Shown here piece after piece: positions 36,288 to 49,095 of a DNA stretch of 49,095 nt. Positions within the stretch are counted from its first letter, which is position 1, and each line of letters starts with the position of its first letter. The position numbers and the translations under genes were made by a program. The DNA comes from Bigelowiella natans CCMP2755 (lineage: Eukaryota; Protista; Cercozoa), in contig ADNK01001932.1 of assembly GCA_000320545.1 (NCBI GenBank), positions 1 to 49,095 of the forward strand, in the 5' to 3' direction. The notes beneath the pieces were generated by a model that was not told where the DNA came from, did not search any database, and was given only the letters and a program-made list of their open reading frames with translations.

Positions 36288-37029
36288 TAAATGCTGGTAG
36301 TGGTACTTGTTGTAATTGTGGTGCTGATGGTACTGGAAGAATCGTTGCGGACGTTTGAATGTGCAATGCCCTATCTGCTTCTACATCATTTGCCATCCAT
36401 TTTGATGCAAATGGTGGCTCTGTTGTAACAACATGGCTGCTGCTCCCTTTTTCTTCTTCTTCTTTTGACGGCATCATCATCCATTGCAGTGTGTTTTGTT
36501 TGTGCTGGGGCTTCTTTGGTAAGACTGATGCATTTCCCCCATCTATACTTGTTGTTATTGTTCTCTCTTCAGCTGGAGAACTATGCACGCAGAAACCAAG
36601 TTACGATTGTCCATGTCCATGCGTCTCACTGGGGGTAAGTAAGACGTTCGTATTTTAACTGTCAACACGCACCACAACAAGCATTCGAATGAGAAAGAAG
36701 CTGCTCGAGAGCTCTGTCACACATCCGCAACGCACTCCCCTATATCTAGTATAATAATTATTACGTGTGCGTGTTTGCCAAGCTTGCTGAATGACTACCT
36801 GGGTGAACTACACACAGATGGAAGTTTATTCGCGCGAATCTCCTTTTCGCTGAACGACTGCTTGCTATTGGTGGAATACTTGGATTACTTTACCTGTACG
36901 CATGGCAGCCTGATTCCATCATACGAATCACAATTAACCGCACGTTCTACAATGCCCAATTCAATGTGGTTGTGCCTCAACGTGTGTCAAGCGGTGGCGA
37001 AACGAAGAGGGCATTATCCAATAGATTAA
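31931..37029 (+). CDS. Membrane protein with a Cys-rich ectodomain and C-terminal GT32 (DXD, Och1/Sur1-like) glycosyltransferase domain; may be two genes; stop at 36638 or 37029
   Basis: Signal peptide at 31931; Cys-rich exons (CRRC, TTCGTCC, CSRCVPP); TM segments near 33260 and 34250; GT32 motifs AKIHHQI, WLHGGLYTDLDMLCLK, ARPRHPF, GTGPIAF, HVHASHW. Confidence 0.75.
33459..33544 (+). repeat. 43-bp tandem duplication spanning a probable exon end and 5' splice site
   Basis: tacagagagtatgttcctctttatc(g/t)tgtgatggtggtggata occurs twice. Confidence 0.9.
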
Positions 37030-38069
37030 CAAAACGGAATCTTTAAGCACCTTGACAACTGACTATTTTTTAAATGAAGCTTCTATTTATAAATTGAAAA
37101 AACAATTGCCTCAGACCTATGTGGGAATTCTTAAAGAGTCACTGCAAAACACATAAAATAAATGCTTCGCTGCTGCGAATAAAACACTATCATTTGTAGC
37201 TCACGGCTGGTCATTTGCGCACAAACGACCGTCTTGAGGCACTACACATGCTAAATCAAGAAAGGGCTTTGTCCGGTAGCCAGCTGGACTTTGTTATTGT
37301 TGTTGTTAGCAATGTGTCCAGACATCTGCTGTGGCTAGTACGCGATCCAATGATAGACACGTAATACAATACATATATATTATGGTACTACTGTGTCTAT
37401 TATCCTAGCGATGGACATGCATTAGGTGCCTGCTAGCCTGCTAGTTAATTGCCCTGTTTGTGGACATGCCTAAGTGCTTATTTCAGTCGATCACTGTAAG
37501 CTGCTGGGTCGATCAAGCAAGCAAATAATCGACGAGCTATTGCTGTCGTTAGATCGTATATCTTGTTAGACATCTCTAGATCTGCATACAGATCGACACA
37601 TCAGTCTAGCAGTGCATACTAGCATATACACATCAGAACGAAATGAATACAGCCGTTACGTAGCTTAGTACGTGTGGCGTTCTACATAATTATGTTTGTG
37701 TGTTTGTGCTATCTAGCTATGCAACTGCTAGATGAATTTGACTTAAAAAAGTCGAAAACCTAGCTTAGACGCGAGCTAGCAACTACTAGCTAGCTAGACT
37801 AGAGCAAGATGTGGGCATCGCGAGCAACCTAACGTACCTCTGTAACAAGGTAGCGTGCAACACATGTACACACATGATATAACTTCATAAATACTGCTGA
37901 CCTAGTGATTACACAATATGCATTACTACATCTAGTTATATATGAGCAATGATGCATCAGTGATGCGCCGGATCGTAGCAAAATCTTCAGCTCGAAAACT
38001 GTTTAACAACTGCCTAACATCTATTAATACTTCTCCAGTGACTCAATCTCTACATTGGTGGAATAGTAC

Positions 38070-39435
38070 TTAGCTGTCCCCCTTCCCATTATCCACCTCC
38101 TTACTCTGCGAGCGTTTCAAAACCACAGCATTGATAGCATTCGCTGATTGGATAAACTTGGTCCATTGGCATTGCGGCATCATAATTCCTTTTTTACCCG
38201 GACACTCCTTGCCATCTTTGGTGTAGAATTCTCTAACATCCACCATGTATTTTGAGTTGAATTCTCGAATGCATGCTTTGCGATTATGGCTTATCGGCCA
38301 TTGACCCTCTTCCTCAGATTCCAGTTTTCGGTTGATTTCTTCCATGTTCTTAAAGACCTTCTTCCATTGATCTACATTCAATGCAATGCCCTTCCGCCCA
38401 GGCAATTCTTTCCCATCCTGAACGATGTGTAAATATCATGGTAAGAATGGAGCTTTTTGCGATATAGCATATCCTCCCCCTCTACCCCCCCCCTCCTTAT
38501 CGTCGTTCTTGCCCTTACCTTAAGATAATACTCACGGAAATTGATAATTAGGGTGCCACGGTACTCGTTGACACTGACTTTTCGCTTTGAGGATAAGGAC
38601 CAAGGACCATCCTTATTTTCGTCTTTCAAGGCAGAATCGCCTTCAGCTTTACCTCCTGCTGATGCTATCGATTCGGCTTCCTTTTTACTAATACTACTAC
38701 TGCTACCATTACTGCTACTTGGAACAACCGACTTTACGCCACCTTCAAGTATGGCCTCTTGAATAACTTCCATATTTTCCGAAAGTTTGTTCCACTGTTC
38801 TTCATTGAGAGAAATGCCTTTGCGACCGGGAACTTCCATGCCATCTTTCTTTTTATACATCTCTCGAATGTCTACGAGCCAAACACCGCTGTAGTGTTTA
38901 AGTGACACCTTTCTTACCATGGATAACCTTCCAAATTCCTTTCTCTCGTCGGCATCAAGCTCATCTTTCATCTCCAATCTGACGGCATGGACAACGCGTA
39001 AACGACAAATTGACTTGGATATTTGAAACTCCACAGAAGAATGCAAGAATAACATTAGTAAGCACAGAAATTATCATTAAAATCCCAACTTCCTAGATTG
39101 ACATCTAAAGGATAACAAATAGAAACAACATATGCCATCAACATTATCACGCACGCTTTTCGACGTCGGCCTTGAGAGCACGAAGTTTTTCAAATTGCCC
39201 CGTTGTCAGCGAGATCCCTTTCCCTGGCAAACTCTGAAATTTTATTACGAATATCTTGGGATAAAGCCTGAAAAACTCCAATCGTTTCTACCTTGCCGTC
39301 TTTCGTGTAGAACTCACGTATTGAGACCAGAGTCTTCCCATTCCATTCATCAACAGTCACCTTTCGTCGTGTACTAAGTGGCCACTCCCTTTTCTCCCCC
39401 ACCCTGGCTTTCTTGGTTGGCGGAGCAGCAGCCAT
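38070..39435 (-). CDS. SUB1: PC4/Sub1 (transcriptional coactivator p15) family protein with four tandem PC4 domains
   Basis: Four repeats of LS..RKV.V..a.G..LV.IREaY.KDG...PG(R/K)KGI.L...QW across 4 exons, e.g. LVDIREMYKKKDGMEVPGRKGISLNEEQWNKL and MVDVREFYTKDGKECPGKKGIMMPQCQWTKF. Confidence 0.92.
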
Positions 39436-39743
39436 GAGTAGCGATTTCTTCTCCCAGCTCCCTCGTTAGTTCTTTGTAGATGGGTGGGTGAGCCAGTCCC
39501 CCATGGCGCGTGGTTGTGGAGGACTCTGGTTCAATTCCGTGAGTGCCAGGGAAGAGCTTACCGGTACCTTTGATGATCCAAATAAAGGTAGCGACAACTA
39601 ATGTCACCGAAATTAGGAATAAACGCCATTGATTTACAAAATTATGCTTTGCTGATGACCGCCAGATTTTTTAATCTTTTTGTGCAAACCCTACCGATTC
39701 GGAAGTCGCCCATTGCAGCCCCCGTCCCTTCTGCTGCTTAGCG
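39436..39743. promoter_or_regulatory. Probable compact bidirectional promoter
   Basis: About 308 bp between the divergent start codons of the PC4 gene and the aminotransferase gene. Positional inference only. Confidence 0.5.
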
Positions 39744-40612
39744 ATGATGCTTCTTCTCCGCCGTGCTGGCTTGAGAGTGCGCTCTGTTCGGAAATTCAGC
39801 TCAGCACTTGATGAGAAAGTCGTGTGTCTAAGGGATAGCCAAATGGGGTCAAACATGGGGTTTAATAGATCACTCAAGACCACTCAAGATGCACTCAGTA
39901 CTGCCTCTGTCTCCTTACCAAATTCTTTTCTAACCTTTTACAGACTCCTCTTCCACTGATTGGAAATATCGAGGACTATGGGAGGTTGGCAAAGGAGAAG
40001 ACTCCGATGGAGGTTCGTTCACCAGCCCTTTCTCACCCACCGCCGTGCGAAATCAGGTAATAATTCCCCGATGTTTGTTTAATTTAATTAAATAGGTACA
40101 GAATAGCGTCCTAGCGATGTACAGTTCTCCGCTAGGTGCTATCATTACAGACCCAGCTCTGATGTCTGTTCCTGTAGACGACCATGGTTTCCATAGGTTC
40201 CTACTTCCACCCCCCCCCCCCCCCCTCCTTACCCCTTTCACTCTTTCCTCACACCTCCCGTCTTCATGCACACATGTATGCGAACATATAAATGTGTGTT
40301 TATAAGATGAACCTACCCCACTTAGAGGTCACGCTGTATTCGATACGTGCAACGTATTGGACGGGCATGCATATGGGCTTGAGATGCACATCAACCGCCT
40401 GCTTTCTTCCGCCAAACTAGCCCATATACCGGTAGTATCGATGACACACATAATACACTGAAGCTTCTTTATTCTTAGGGAAAAAAAACAAGGGATGTGC
40501 ACCTCTCATTCTCAGTCGATGGAACCTTATTTAGGTCACAGATTCTTCTTCTAAAGAGTTAGAGGACATTATTCTGGCCACTTTGGCTGCAGCTGGACGT
40601 GAAAGTGTGGAT

Positions 40613-40643
<31 letters not shown>

Positions 40644-41030
40644 CAGCACTCACGAGATTAAATCGAGTCAAGTTGGATGAAACCATCGTCAGTTGAACGT
40701 GTCCAGACTAAAGTCTGAAGAATGAAGATGAAATTACGCTGTTGATGACGCACGGTTTCATTCCTCCATTCCCACGTAGTAGTTGATTATGTACTTACAC
40801 TTCAAAGTACCAATTGTACAGGAGCAGTGCAGGGTGGTCAGTGTTGTTCTCATTAGCGATGATATGGTACCATTCTTTTGGTAGATGGGGTATTTTGCCG
40901 CTATTGGATGACAGTAGGAAGAGGTACTACGCTCTTTGCAGCCGTCAGTTTGCTCAAGTTAACATACTGAAAAGATTATCACAACAAACCACTTACTTAT
41001 ATCTCATCCTTCATATTTGATATATATATA

Positions 41031-41078
<48 letters not shown>

Positions 41079-41660
41079 TGGCTGATCTTTAACTCAATTA
41101 TTGCAAAATACACTTCTCGGCCAGGCGATTTTCACGTATCCCCGAAAGGCTGCATTGGCGGGCATAGCTTCTATGTGGTAGGGTGGGGGGTATGTAGTGG
41201 GCATAGCTTCTATGTGGTAGAGAGGGCCAACATGGATGGTGGTGGTGTGTGAATGATGTGCATATGTGCGTGTGCACCTCTATATGTAAGACACAGCATC
41301 ATGGGTATTTGCACTCGATCATAGTAATCGCCATATTAGAATCATCACATCAGGTTGTACATGAAACGTGGGCAAGAGACGAAGAGAAAGCTGTTAAGGA
41401 GGCTGTGGTTTCCACACCTTTAAAACCGGTACAAACATTACTATTAGCGGCAGTCGGTGGTGGAGGAGGGTTTGAGGCGGGGGAGGAGGGAGGGGATAAT
41501 TTGAAGCTCGAGAAAGTCATTTGGAGTATCCTCTACACAAGATCTGCTGCTGCTGCTTACGTTGAGATAGATAGACTGATGATATATCATTCTCCCTTGC
41601 TCTCTCCTCCTCCTCATTATCATTATCATCATCATCATCATCATGTCATCATCAATCATC

Positions 41661-41707
<47 letters not shown>

Positions 41708-42450
41708 AATGACCATCGCCACAGTAATTAACTAACTAACTAACTACCACTCGAAGCAATCGCCTAGTCAATCATACTCACAATGATTCTTAGAAACTTT
41801 TGGCGAATATGAAGAGCAACAACTACATGATCAACGCTCTCACGGCAATGGAGGCCGAAGAGAAGGGAGGGAACCTTGGCTTTCAGGTGGATAAGTAGCA
41901 GTAGTAGTAGTATGAAACATATCCGCTCCCCCTGTTTGCCAATGTACTTTTCTGCTGCTGCTGCTGCTGCTGCTGCTACGGATGATACTTTGAAGCAATA
42001 TCAATATAAAAGCAGAGATGTGTAGCATTCTCTACGACTAGTTCCCTCCATCCTTTATCATCATATACATATATGAATTTAGAAGAAGGCCGAGCAACTC
42101 GTGAGGAGAGTTGTGCTGAATAATTGCTGTGTGTATGCATTTTAGGTTGATGCAGAGGGGTACTTGCAAGAGGCCAGCATTTCATGCGTTGGAATTGTGG
42201 AAGAGGACGGGGTATGATGCTGTCTTTACACGCATGAAGGAGGGGGAGGAGGAGGAGGAGGAGGAGGAGGAGGAGAAAAGCTTCAACAACCATATTATTA
42301 TCAGTGTTTATGAGAAAGAGTAGTCGATAGTAGATCTCTTCAATAAACGAAGGGATCCGTCATATGTACCAGCTGCATCACCGTGAATGCTGCAGAAACA
42401 AACGAATTCGTTCTTGGAGTCAACTTACCCAAGGTTCTTCTGATATGTGT

Positions 42451-42494
<44 letters not shown>

Positions 42495-43057
42495 ATTTCC
42501 GCACCGCCGTCTCCTCCCTAACTACCATAGTGTATGAGGACACCGCCATTTGACAGCATACTGGCCTCTACAACTGTCAAGAGAAGGTGATGACCGATAT
42601 ATCATTAGAGTTAATAGCAAAGACACGATCATTTTGCCACTCCCTGTGCGTCCATATCACCATCCTATGCTGATAGGAGTTTCTAACGTGGTGAGATTAC
42701 CGTGCACCCCTCTGTTGGATTTGTTGTTCGCAACACAAATAGCTTGGCAATGGGGGAACGTTTAGTGGAAGAAGGCGTATTAAAGGGGATTGAGCAGACG
42801 CGAGTGCACATGGATCAGGCAAGAGAATGATGATGATGATGATGAAGAAGAAGAAGAAAAGAAGAAGAAGAGAGAGGGTAGATAAAAATAATAAAAGGAA
42901 ATGCAACGATAACAAATAATAATAGGAGCAAAGATATAAGATGCAATAATAACAAATAACACAATGATGGATTTTATACTGAGTTGTATCTGTCTCATAA
43001 AACATAGGTCTATAAGGCAAAGGAAGTTTTCCTCCTCGGGGGGCATCACGTGGTGCA

Positions 43058-43105
<48 letters not shown>

Positions 43106-43457
43106 CGTATTATGACTCTATTTGTTATTGTATTCGTTTTTGTCTCTCTCTACCAGGTGCCTGTGGGATGTGTGGGGGACGTTGTAATTGGAGATGGCTC
43201 TCGAGGACCTGTCTGCAAGTAATGACAAATTAGTAAAGAACGCTTCTAATCACCACCACAGAGGCCTGAACACAATTGATAAGGAGGGATCATATTGCCG
43301 TACTAACGCATATGCGATGTCTTCCTTTGTGTTGCTGCATGCATTGTCCTTGCGTTCGTGTTGTGAATGATGATGTAGGCGGTTGCAAGAGATGCAGCAC
43401 TCCGACATGAAGAACCCGGATATGATCCACCGCATACCCTTCGAGCTCTACAATTAA
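39744..43457 (+). CDS. Class IV PLP aminotransferase, D-amino acid transaminase / aminodeoxychorismate lyase-like, with a mitochondrial-type presequence
   Basis: AMYSSPLGAIITDPALMSVPVDDHGFHR-GHAVFDT...HINRLLSSA, GDFHVSP, LLANMKSNNYMINAL (catalytic Lys), TPPFDSILASTTVKR, VIGDGSRGPV; N-terminus MMLLLRRAGLRVRSVRKFSS; stop TAA at 43455-43457. Confidence 0.9.
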
Positions 43458-44369
43458 TGTATCATGCTGATGGATGTGCCCCCCCCCCCCCACACACACA
43501 CACTCGGGGCCAGAAAACGCCAAGAATATTCAATTTCAGCAGGGCATCGTATGCAGTATAGATTAACTTATGTTTTGATACTGAAAACCCGTGTGTGTCT
43601 GTGCATCAGTGCAGTGCACACATGCATGCACTCCGATGTCTCCAAGTGTCATCATCTACGTACCGAGGAGCTTTTGCCATTGCACCCGTTCGTACATAGA
43701 AAATGCGAATAGTATCCCGCAACTCGACTAGCTCTATGTGTGTCTAGGTGTGTGCGTTCGCACGTCTAATCTAGTGGTTGGAATATCAGCTACGTTACTT
43801 CACTTGCATTCTAGCATTGCACCGATCATAGCACAACAAGTGACAGAAATTGCAGTTTGTACATACGTGTGCGCACTGCTGAAGCGAATAGCGGCTAGCA
43901 AGCTAGTAAAATGAAACCGCAGTGACTAAGGTAGCCATGAGCTATAGCCAAACCGCTAGCGAATAAAATACTCATGAACGCATATAGTTGACAGGTTCTT
44001 TATTTTGATTTACCACGTCGAGGCGAAGAAATGTATGTGACGTAGATTGGTGCGTGGTTAAGTCAATACCATCAATGCAACTATTAGCTGTACGACTCAC
44101 TGGCTAGACATGCATGTGTGCGACATCAAGATATGTCTCGACAAATGTTTACATTTACTATGAATAAGTTCGTACATTTTCAGTGGTAACCCATGCGTGT
44201 GACTACACGAATTCTGACCCAAGGACTAGCTAGATCTATGCTAGTATGTGCTGGATGCATGATTAAGTCATCTGCATGCAATAATTCATTATATCCCTTC
44301 ATTCACCTGAATAATATAAAACCCCAATATAGTGATAAAACGCCATCTAACTAATATCACAATCTTATT

Positions 44370-45750
44370 AGAGAGGAAGATTTGTTCATATATATCTTTG
44401 TAAACATGGTTGTTATTGTATGACATTGGCACTCATCATATACCCGAAGAAAATCGTTTGGGCTTCTTATTATTATCTCGCATTTTTCATCCACAGATAC
44501 CTGCATATGAACCCCACCAAACAGAAAATCGCAAAACGGTCATAAAACAGCATTTCTCTGCCGCAACCGAGCAACGGCCAGAAGTACCGAGATTTGCGAA
44601 GTATTTTGATTTTTTAAGTGCAGATTTAGGAATGAAATTCAAACAATTTTGCTGGAATTTAGTTCGTTCTTCGACGACGAAGTTCATGAACTGACCATGC
44701 AGTGTTTGTTCTCGCAGATGTCCGCAAAGGAAGTACACCATCTTTTCTGGTGCCCTCCGATTCTGAAATTGGATTTGGTTGTTATTTTCATTTAAAACCC
44801 CACGATTAGTATCTCAAGCATCAAGATATGTTTATATTCCGCATGTATAGAACAAATGAGCGTTGGATCTCTCCTCCCTTCGCCCCCCCCCCCCTCCACT
44901 CCTCCTTCTCTCCATTCTTACACACATACACAGACACCACACAATGTGCGTAGTATTTGTTCTATGGTGAAAGGACAAAGTATATAACAGAGGTTTCGTC
45001 ATGAAAATCGGAAAACTTTGATGTATTTTGAAATCCCAAACAAATGTTTTTATCTTTCAAAAAAGGTCCAGGCCATACAGACACACACACACACACACAC
45101 GCGCGCGCGCGCAGACACATGCAGGTCGCATGTTCTCGGGATTCCAAAAATTCCATTCGCAATATTTTCTCTCTGCTCGCTCCTGTTAATCATTTTTCAT
45201 CACACAAAGTACTTGTCAATGTTAACGCTCAAAACGCCTTGTAAAGGGAGCCTTCCTGCGACATATTGCATTTCGATGCACATAAAAACAATTTCCATAA
45301 ATATCTGATCTTCCAGCCCCTCCCCTCCCCTCCCACCCCCAAGATACACACCGGAGATGGTTTTACGAGGGGAGATCTATGATGAAAAAGGAGAGGGGGA
45401 TAGAGCACGGTACCTGAGTGTATACACAGCTTGCCATCTTCAGTGAAGATGGCGACGTGTGGACTTCGTGCTTGCCCCACTTCTCTTCCGTCAGAAGTGT
45501 CCTTTCGCGGTATTTCTTCCACGTTGTAATACAAGCTTCAATGTATTGTTTCATCATTGTTATTGAAATTATATAGGAAGATTATATGCATGTATGATGT
45601 GTTTCAATATTAATATTTGTTAATTGCCAACTTTCTCTCTCTCTCTCTCTCTCTCTCGCCCCTCTCGGCACCATGATATTTCGAATGCATCAACTTGAGG
45701 AACATCGCACATGCATGCGTTGATATTTGCGTGTGTGTATGCGTATGTGT

Positions 45751-45787
<37 letters not shown>

Positions 45788-46975
45788 TCTTGCCAAAATG
45801 ACATCTCAAATGCAATCATTTTACACATACAGCTATGCATCACTTTCGATACATATCAATATATACACTATTACCTGGCCAACAAGTGGCATAATCATCC
45901 TTCCTCATCGCATCATCCCTGGTCTTCATTGCCTTTTCCATCATTCTGTGGAAGATATGAATAGGAGAAAACTGTTACTACAAACACCCTCAATTTCTTA
46001 CCTACTAAGAATAGCATTTTGAGCATAACATTTCCTCTGTTTCTGCTCTCCCATCTCCCCCCCCCCCCCCCCATCTTCCAAATCCTCCTCTCCCGACCTC
46101 CTTCTTGCTGCATAGGCTGCCATTTACGAGGGAAATGCTGCAGTTGATAGCCTTGGAAGTGCCCTTCTCGTCGCCCTCTGCTGCTGTAGTCTGAGTCGCT
46201 ACCAGCGAGAGTTTTTGGAAGTCTTGCAAATACCTGATTGTGGTTAAGCAACAAGGTGGAAACATCAGCGGCACATCATCATCAAAGGCCGTGAGAGTCA
46301 AAAAATCAACCTCCCCCCCCCCCCCAGCAGGAAATCCTCATTTGAGAAAACCGTTACAACGTCGATGATGCCTCGCGGGGAGCGCTGATGGCGAGGTGTT
46401 TGCGGTATTTGTACTATGATCCAGGCATGCAAAGCACATTGGTGAAACTTACTACCATCCCTGCTCCCATGCCATCGTGATGTGTTCAAACCTGCTGAGC
46501 AATCGTTTAAAATCAGACAAAGATACTCGCAATAGGTGCTTTATTCCGTCACATCATTGTTGTAGAGAATACGCGTGCGATTGAAGAGAAATGCACGTGT
46601 TTCGAAAGATATAATAATATCCCAGCGCCAATGAGAAAACAAACTTATGTTCGGCTACTGAAGGAGGTCATGCAATAGCTTGAAAATCAAATCGGAATTA
46701 TACTGCTTTTTCGAGGGTCTCTCTCTCTCTCTCTCTCTCTCTTTCACGCACACACTCAAACCGATTTGATGTGCTGTCTGGTGAAGCAGGCTCTGTCATC
46801 GTCAATGCCCCCTCGGAAAAGAACTTATACTCGAACACGCGCTGACCCTAATGGATGGTATACATTATGCAAATATATACTCATTCGTGGCGGTTTCCTG
46901 TCGGACAAATATGCGTGCCGTTTCTCTAGTTTTGTGGAAACACAACCGATTCTTACAATTGCACACACTCACACA

Positions 46976-47006
<31 letters not shown>

Positions 47007-47361
47007 CGTACGCGCAAAGAAGCAACACCCCAAAGACAGAATAACGGCGTATCAACCATCACACACCTTCGCTTCGACGGAAAGAATGCCTTCGTCCGAA
47101 ACGATCATGTGGCCTTATAAACGCATAGCAGCGCATCAGATACGCATAATTTGTGCACGGATTCAATAGATATTATTAGGATTATAACAGTAGCTTTCTT
47201 TCAAATGCTTGGTTAACTCATATATATAGATTAAGGGAGAGAACATTAGCATTTGACTGTACATGATTGTGTGTGACACTCGCCGAGCATATATTGCCAT
47301 ACAACTGGGCCAGCCTTGTCGGGGCCTTTACCTGATTTTTGCATTCCATACACAAACATAT

Positions 47362-47403
<42 letters not shown>

Positions 47404-47420
47404 ACAGACACACACAAATA

Positions 47421-47456
<36 letters not shown>

Positions 47457-48864
47457 AATGGTGATAAGAGCGTACGAGAGAAAGAACGTGGAAGGGATTG
47501 GGAGGGGGCATTTGCCTTTGTTTGGTTACTGACCTGAGTATACTGATAAATGACCGTCGCTTTGGAACAACAGATAGCAGCTCTCCCCATCCTCAACTTG
47601 CCTTTGATGATGCGTATTAGAAATAACAAAGAACATATCGAAAAATCATACGAAGAAACATATCAATGCAGAGACCTTTCAGAATCATCGTAATCAATGT
47701 GGAAAAACCGGAAAAATAATGCTTAACAAATAAATGTATCATACTTTCTCTCCCCCCCCCCCCCCCTCACCCCGGACATCATATACACATTCAAATACGC
47801 TGGTTCTTTACACGCCTTTACAAGAGATAAGTTATGATGACCTGACTCTATATTTCTCCTCGGGTATCCAGCACGAGGAGGAGGAGGGGGGGGGGGAGGG
47901 TGAAAGATCGGCTTCCGTGGCATCGCTGCTAGTGGCTGACATAATATACATTCTTCTTCAATTATTTCGTGATGACTCCGACCGAGGAATAAACGTGTAC
48001 TATGCATGCACATGGCGGAGATGCATTGGGATATCCCTTGTGATGATGATGATGATGATGATGATGATGACGCATATATGCAGTATTATCTCTACCATGA
48101 TGTGTTGTCTTTAAGCATAGCCACCCTTGGCTCGATAGATATACCTTGTGTGGTGATGATATAATGGTCCTCAGCATGCGCACACACACAGCACAACACA
48201 ACGTCACACAGCATACTCAAGTATAGTATTTACTATTTGAATTATACAGTCGCGTAAGCATGTTTTTATGTTTTGCTTTCTTTGAGGAAGGCAACGTCTG
48301 CATTACACTTCTACTAGCCCCCCCCTCCCCTTCTTCCCTTCCTCCATCTCTGAACGTATCAATATAATAAACAGTCCCCACCTTTACCCTCCCCCCCGGG
48401 GACTCAAGGAAGCTCGACGTTGATGCCAAATCCATGTACATTCCCTACATCGTTCAATGATGAAGCATATCAAAATTCATTGCATCATAGCTCAGACATC
48501 TCTTCACGATGCGTCCACACAAAAACAAGAACGGCAGTTTGCCTCAATGCCATGGCCTCTCATATCGAATCCACATATTTCAAAAGGATGGTAGCATTGC
48601 ATGCTGTCTTCTATTAAAAAAAAATAAGGTGGTTGGCTAGCATCAGGCATTACATTCATCATCTTCTCATTCTCATCATCGTAAGTCGCCGACAGCTAAA
48701 TGATAATAGAAGCCATATTAGACCACCTGTTTCAGCCTCTTTCTGTTGTCCCCCCCTCCCTCTAGACGATTTAGTCCAAAGGAGCACACACTGGTCATTT
48801 CTTCCAAACCTTCCCGCAGCATAAAGTACCTACCAACATCGCCGCAATCGTGGATCATGGATAT

Positions 48865-48939
<75 letters not shown>

Positions 48940-49095
48940 ATATTTCGTGCCGATTCAGACAATGAGAAGAGCCTTGATGTACAACACGTATGCAGGAAGA
49001 GCGCAGAGAATCATGGTGGGGAGGGGGGGATGAAGCGTGATTTACATTTTTGGACTGTCGTTGAGATATATCTGGTTGAATCGTACTGGGCAGTG
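44370..49095 (-). CDS. Unidentified multi-exon protein-coding gene or genes, probably continuing beyond the window end
   Basis: AG/GT-bounded open segments between SSR-rich introns, e.g. GKGPDKAGPVVWQYMLGE-GHMIVSDEGILSVEAK-GQRVFEYKFFSEGALTM (47330-46765), RYLQDFQKLSLV (46235), ACITTWKKYRERTLLTEEKW (45530). No family recognised. Confidence 0.5.

Overview
Gene-dense eukaryotic nuclear DNA with GT-AG introns, many of them packed with microsatellites. Signal-plus-transit-like N-termini suggest an alga with a secondary plastid, possibly a chlorarachniophyte (inference). Genes I could splice by hand: glucosamine-6-phosphate deaminase, a secreted protein with an LC8/ground-like C-terminus, RhoGDI, an intronless YnbB/aluminium-resistance-family PLP enzyme, RPL8/uL2, tRNA-Met(CAT), a TMTC O-mannosyltransferase, a signal-peptide-bearing zinc-finger protein, a GT32 glycosyltransferase, a four-domain PC4/Sub1 protein, a class IV (D-amino acid transaminase/ADC lyase-like) aminotransferase and an unidentified multi-exon gene. 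The main signal is non-coding. The repeat-filled spacers downstream of genes (5769-7103, 10581-12108, partly 14100-16100) have lost almost every TpA, and in the two strongest zones all survivors have a 5' C or a 3' G (mostly CTAG). A stranded copy of the RPL8 3' end and a 50-bp tandem duplicate show the change is TA->CA/TG, the reverse of fungal RIP, with short palindrome-containing insertions as well. This points to a regional, context-specific T->C/A->G mutator or base modification acting on repeats. A basecalling artefact from a modified base must be excluded.
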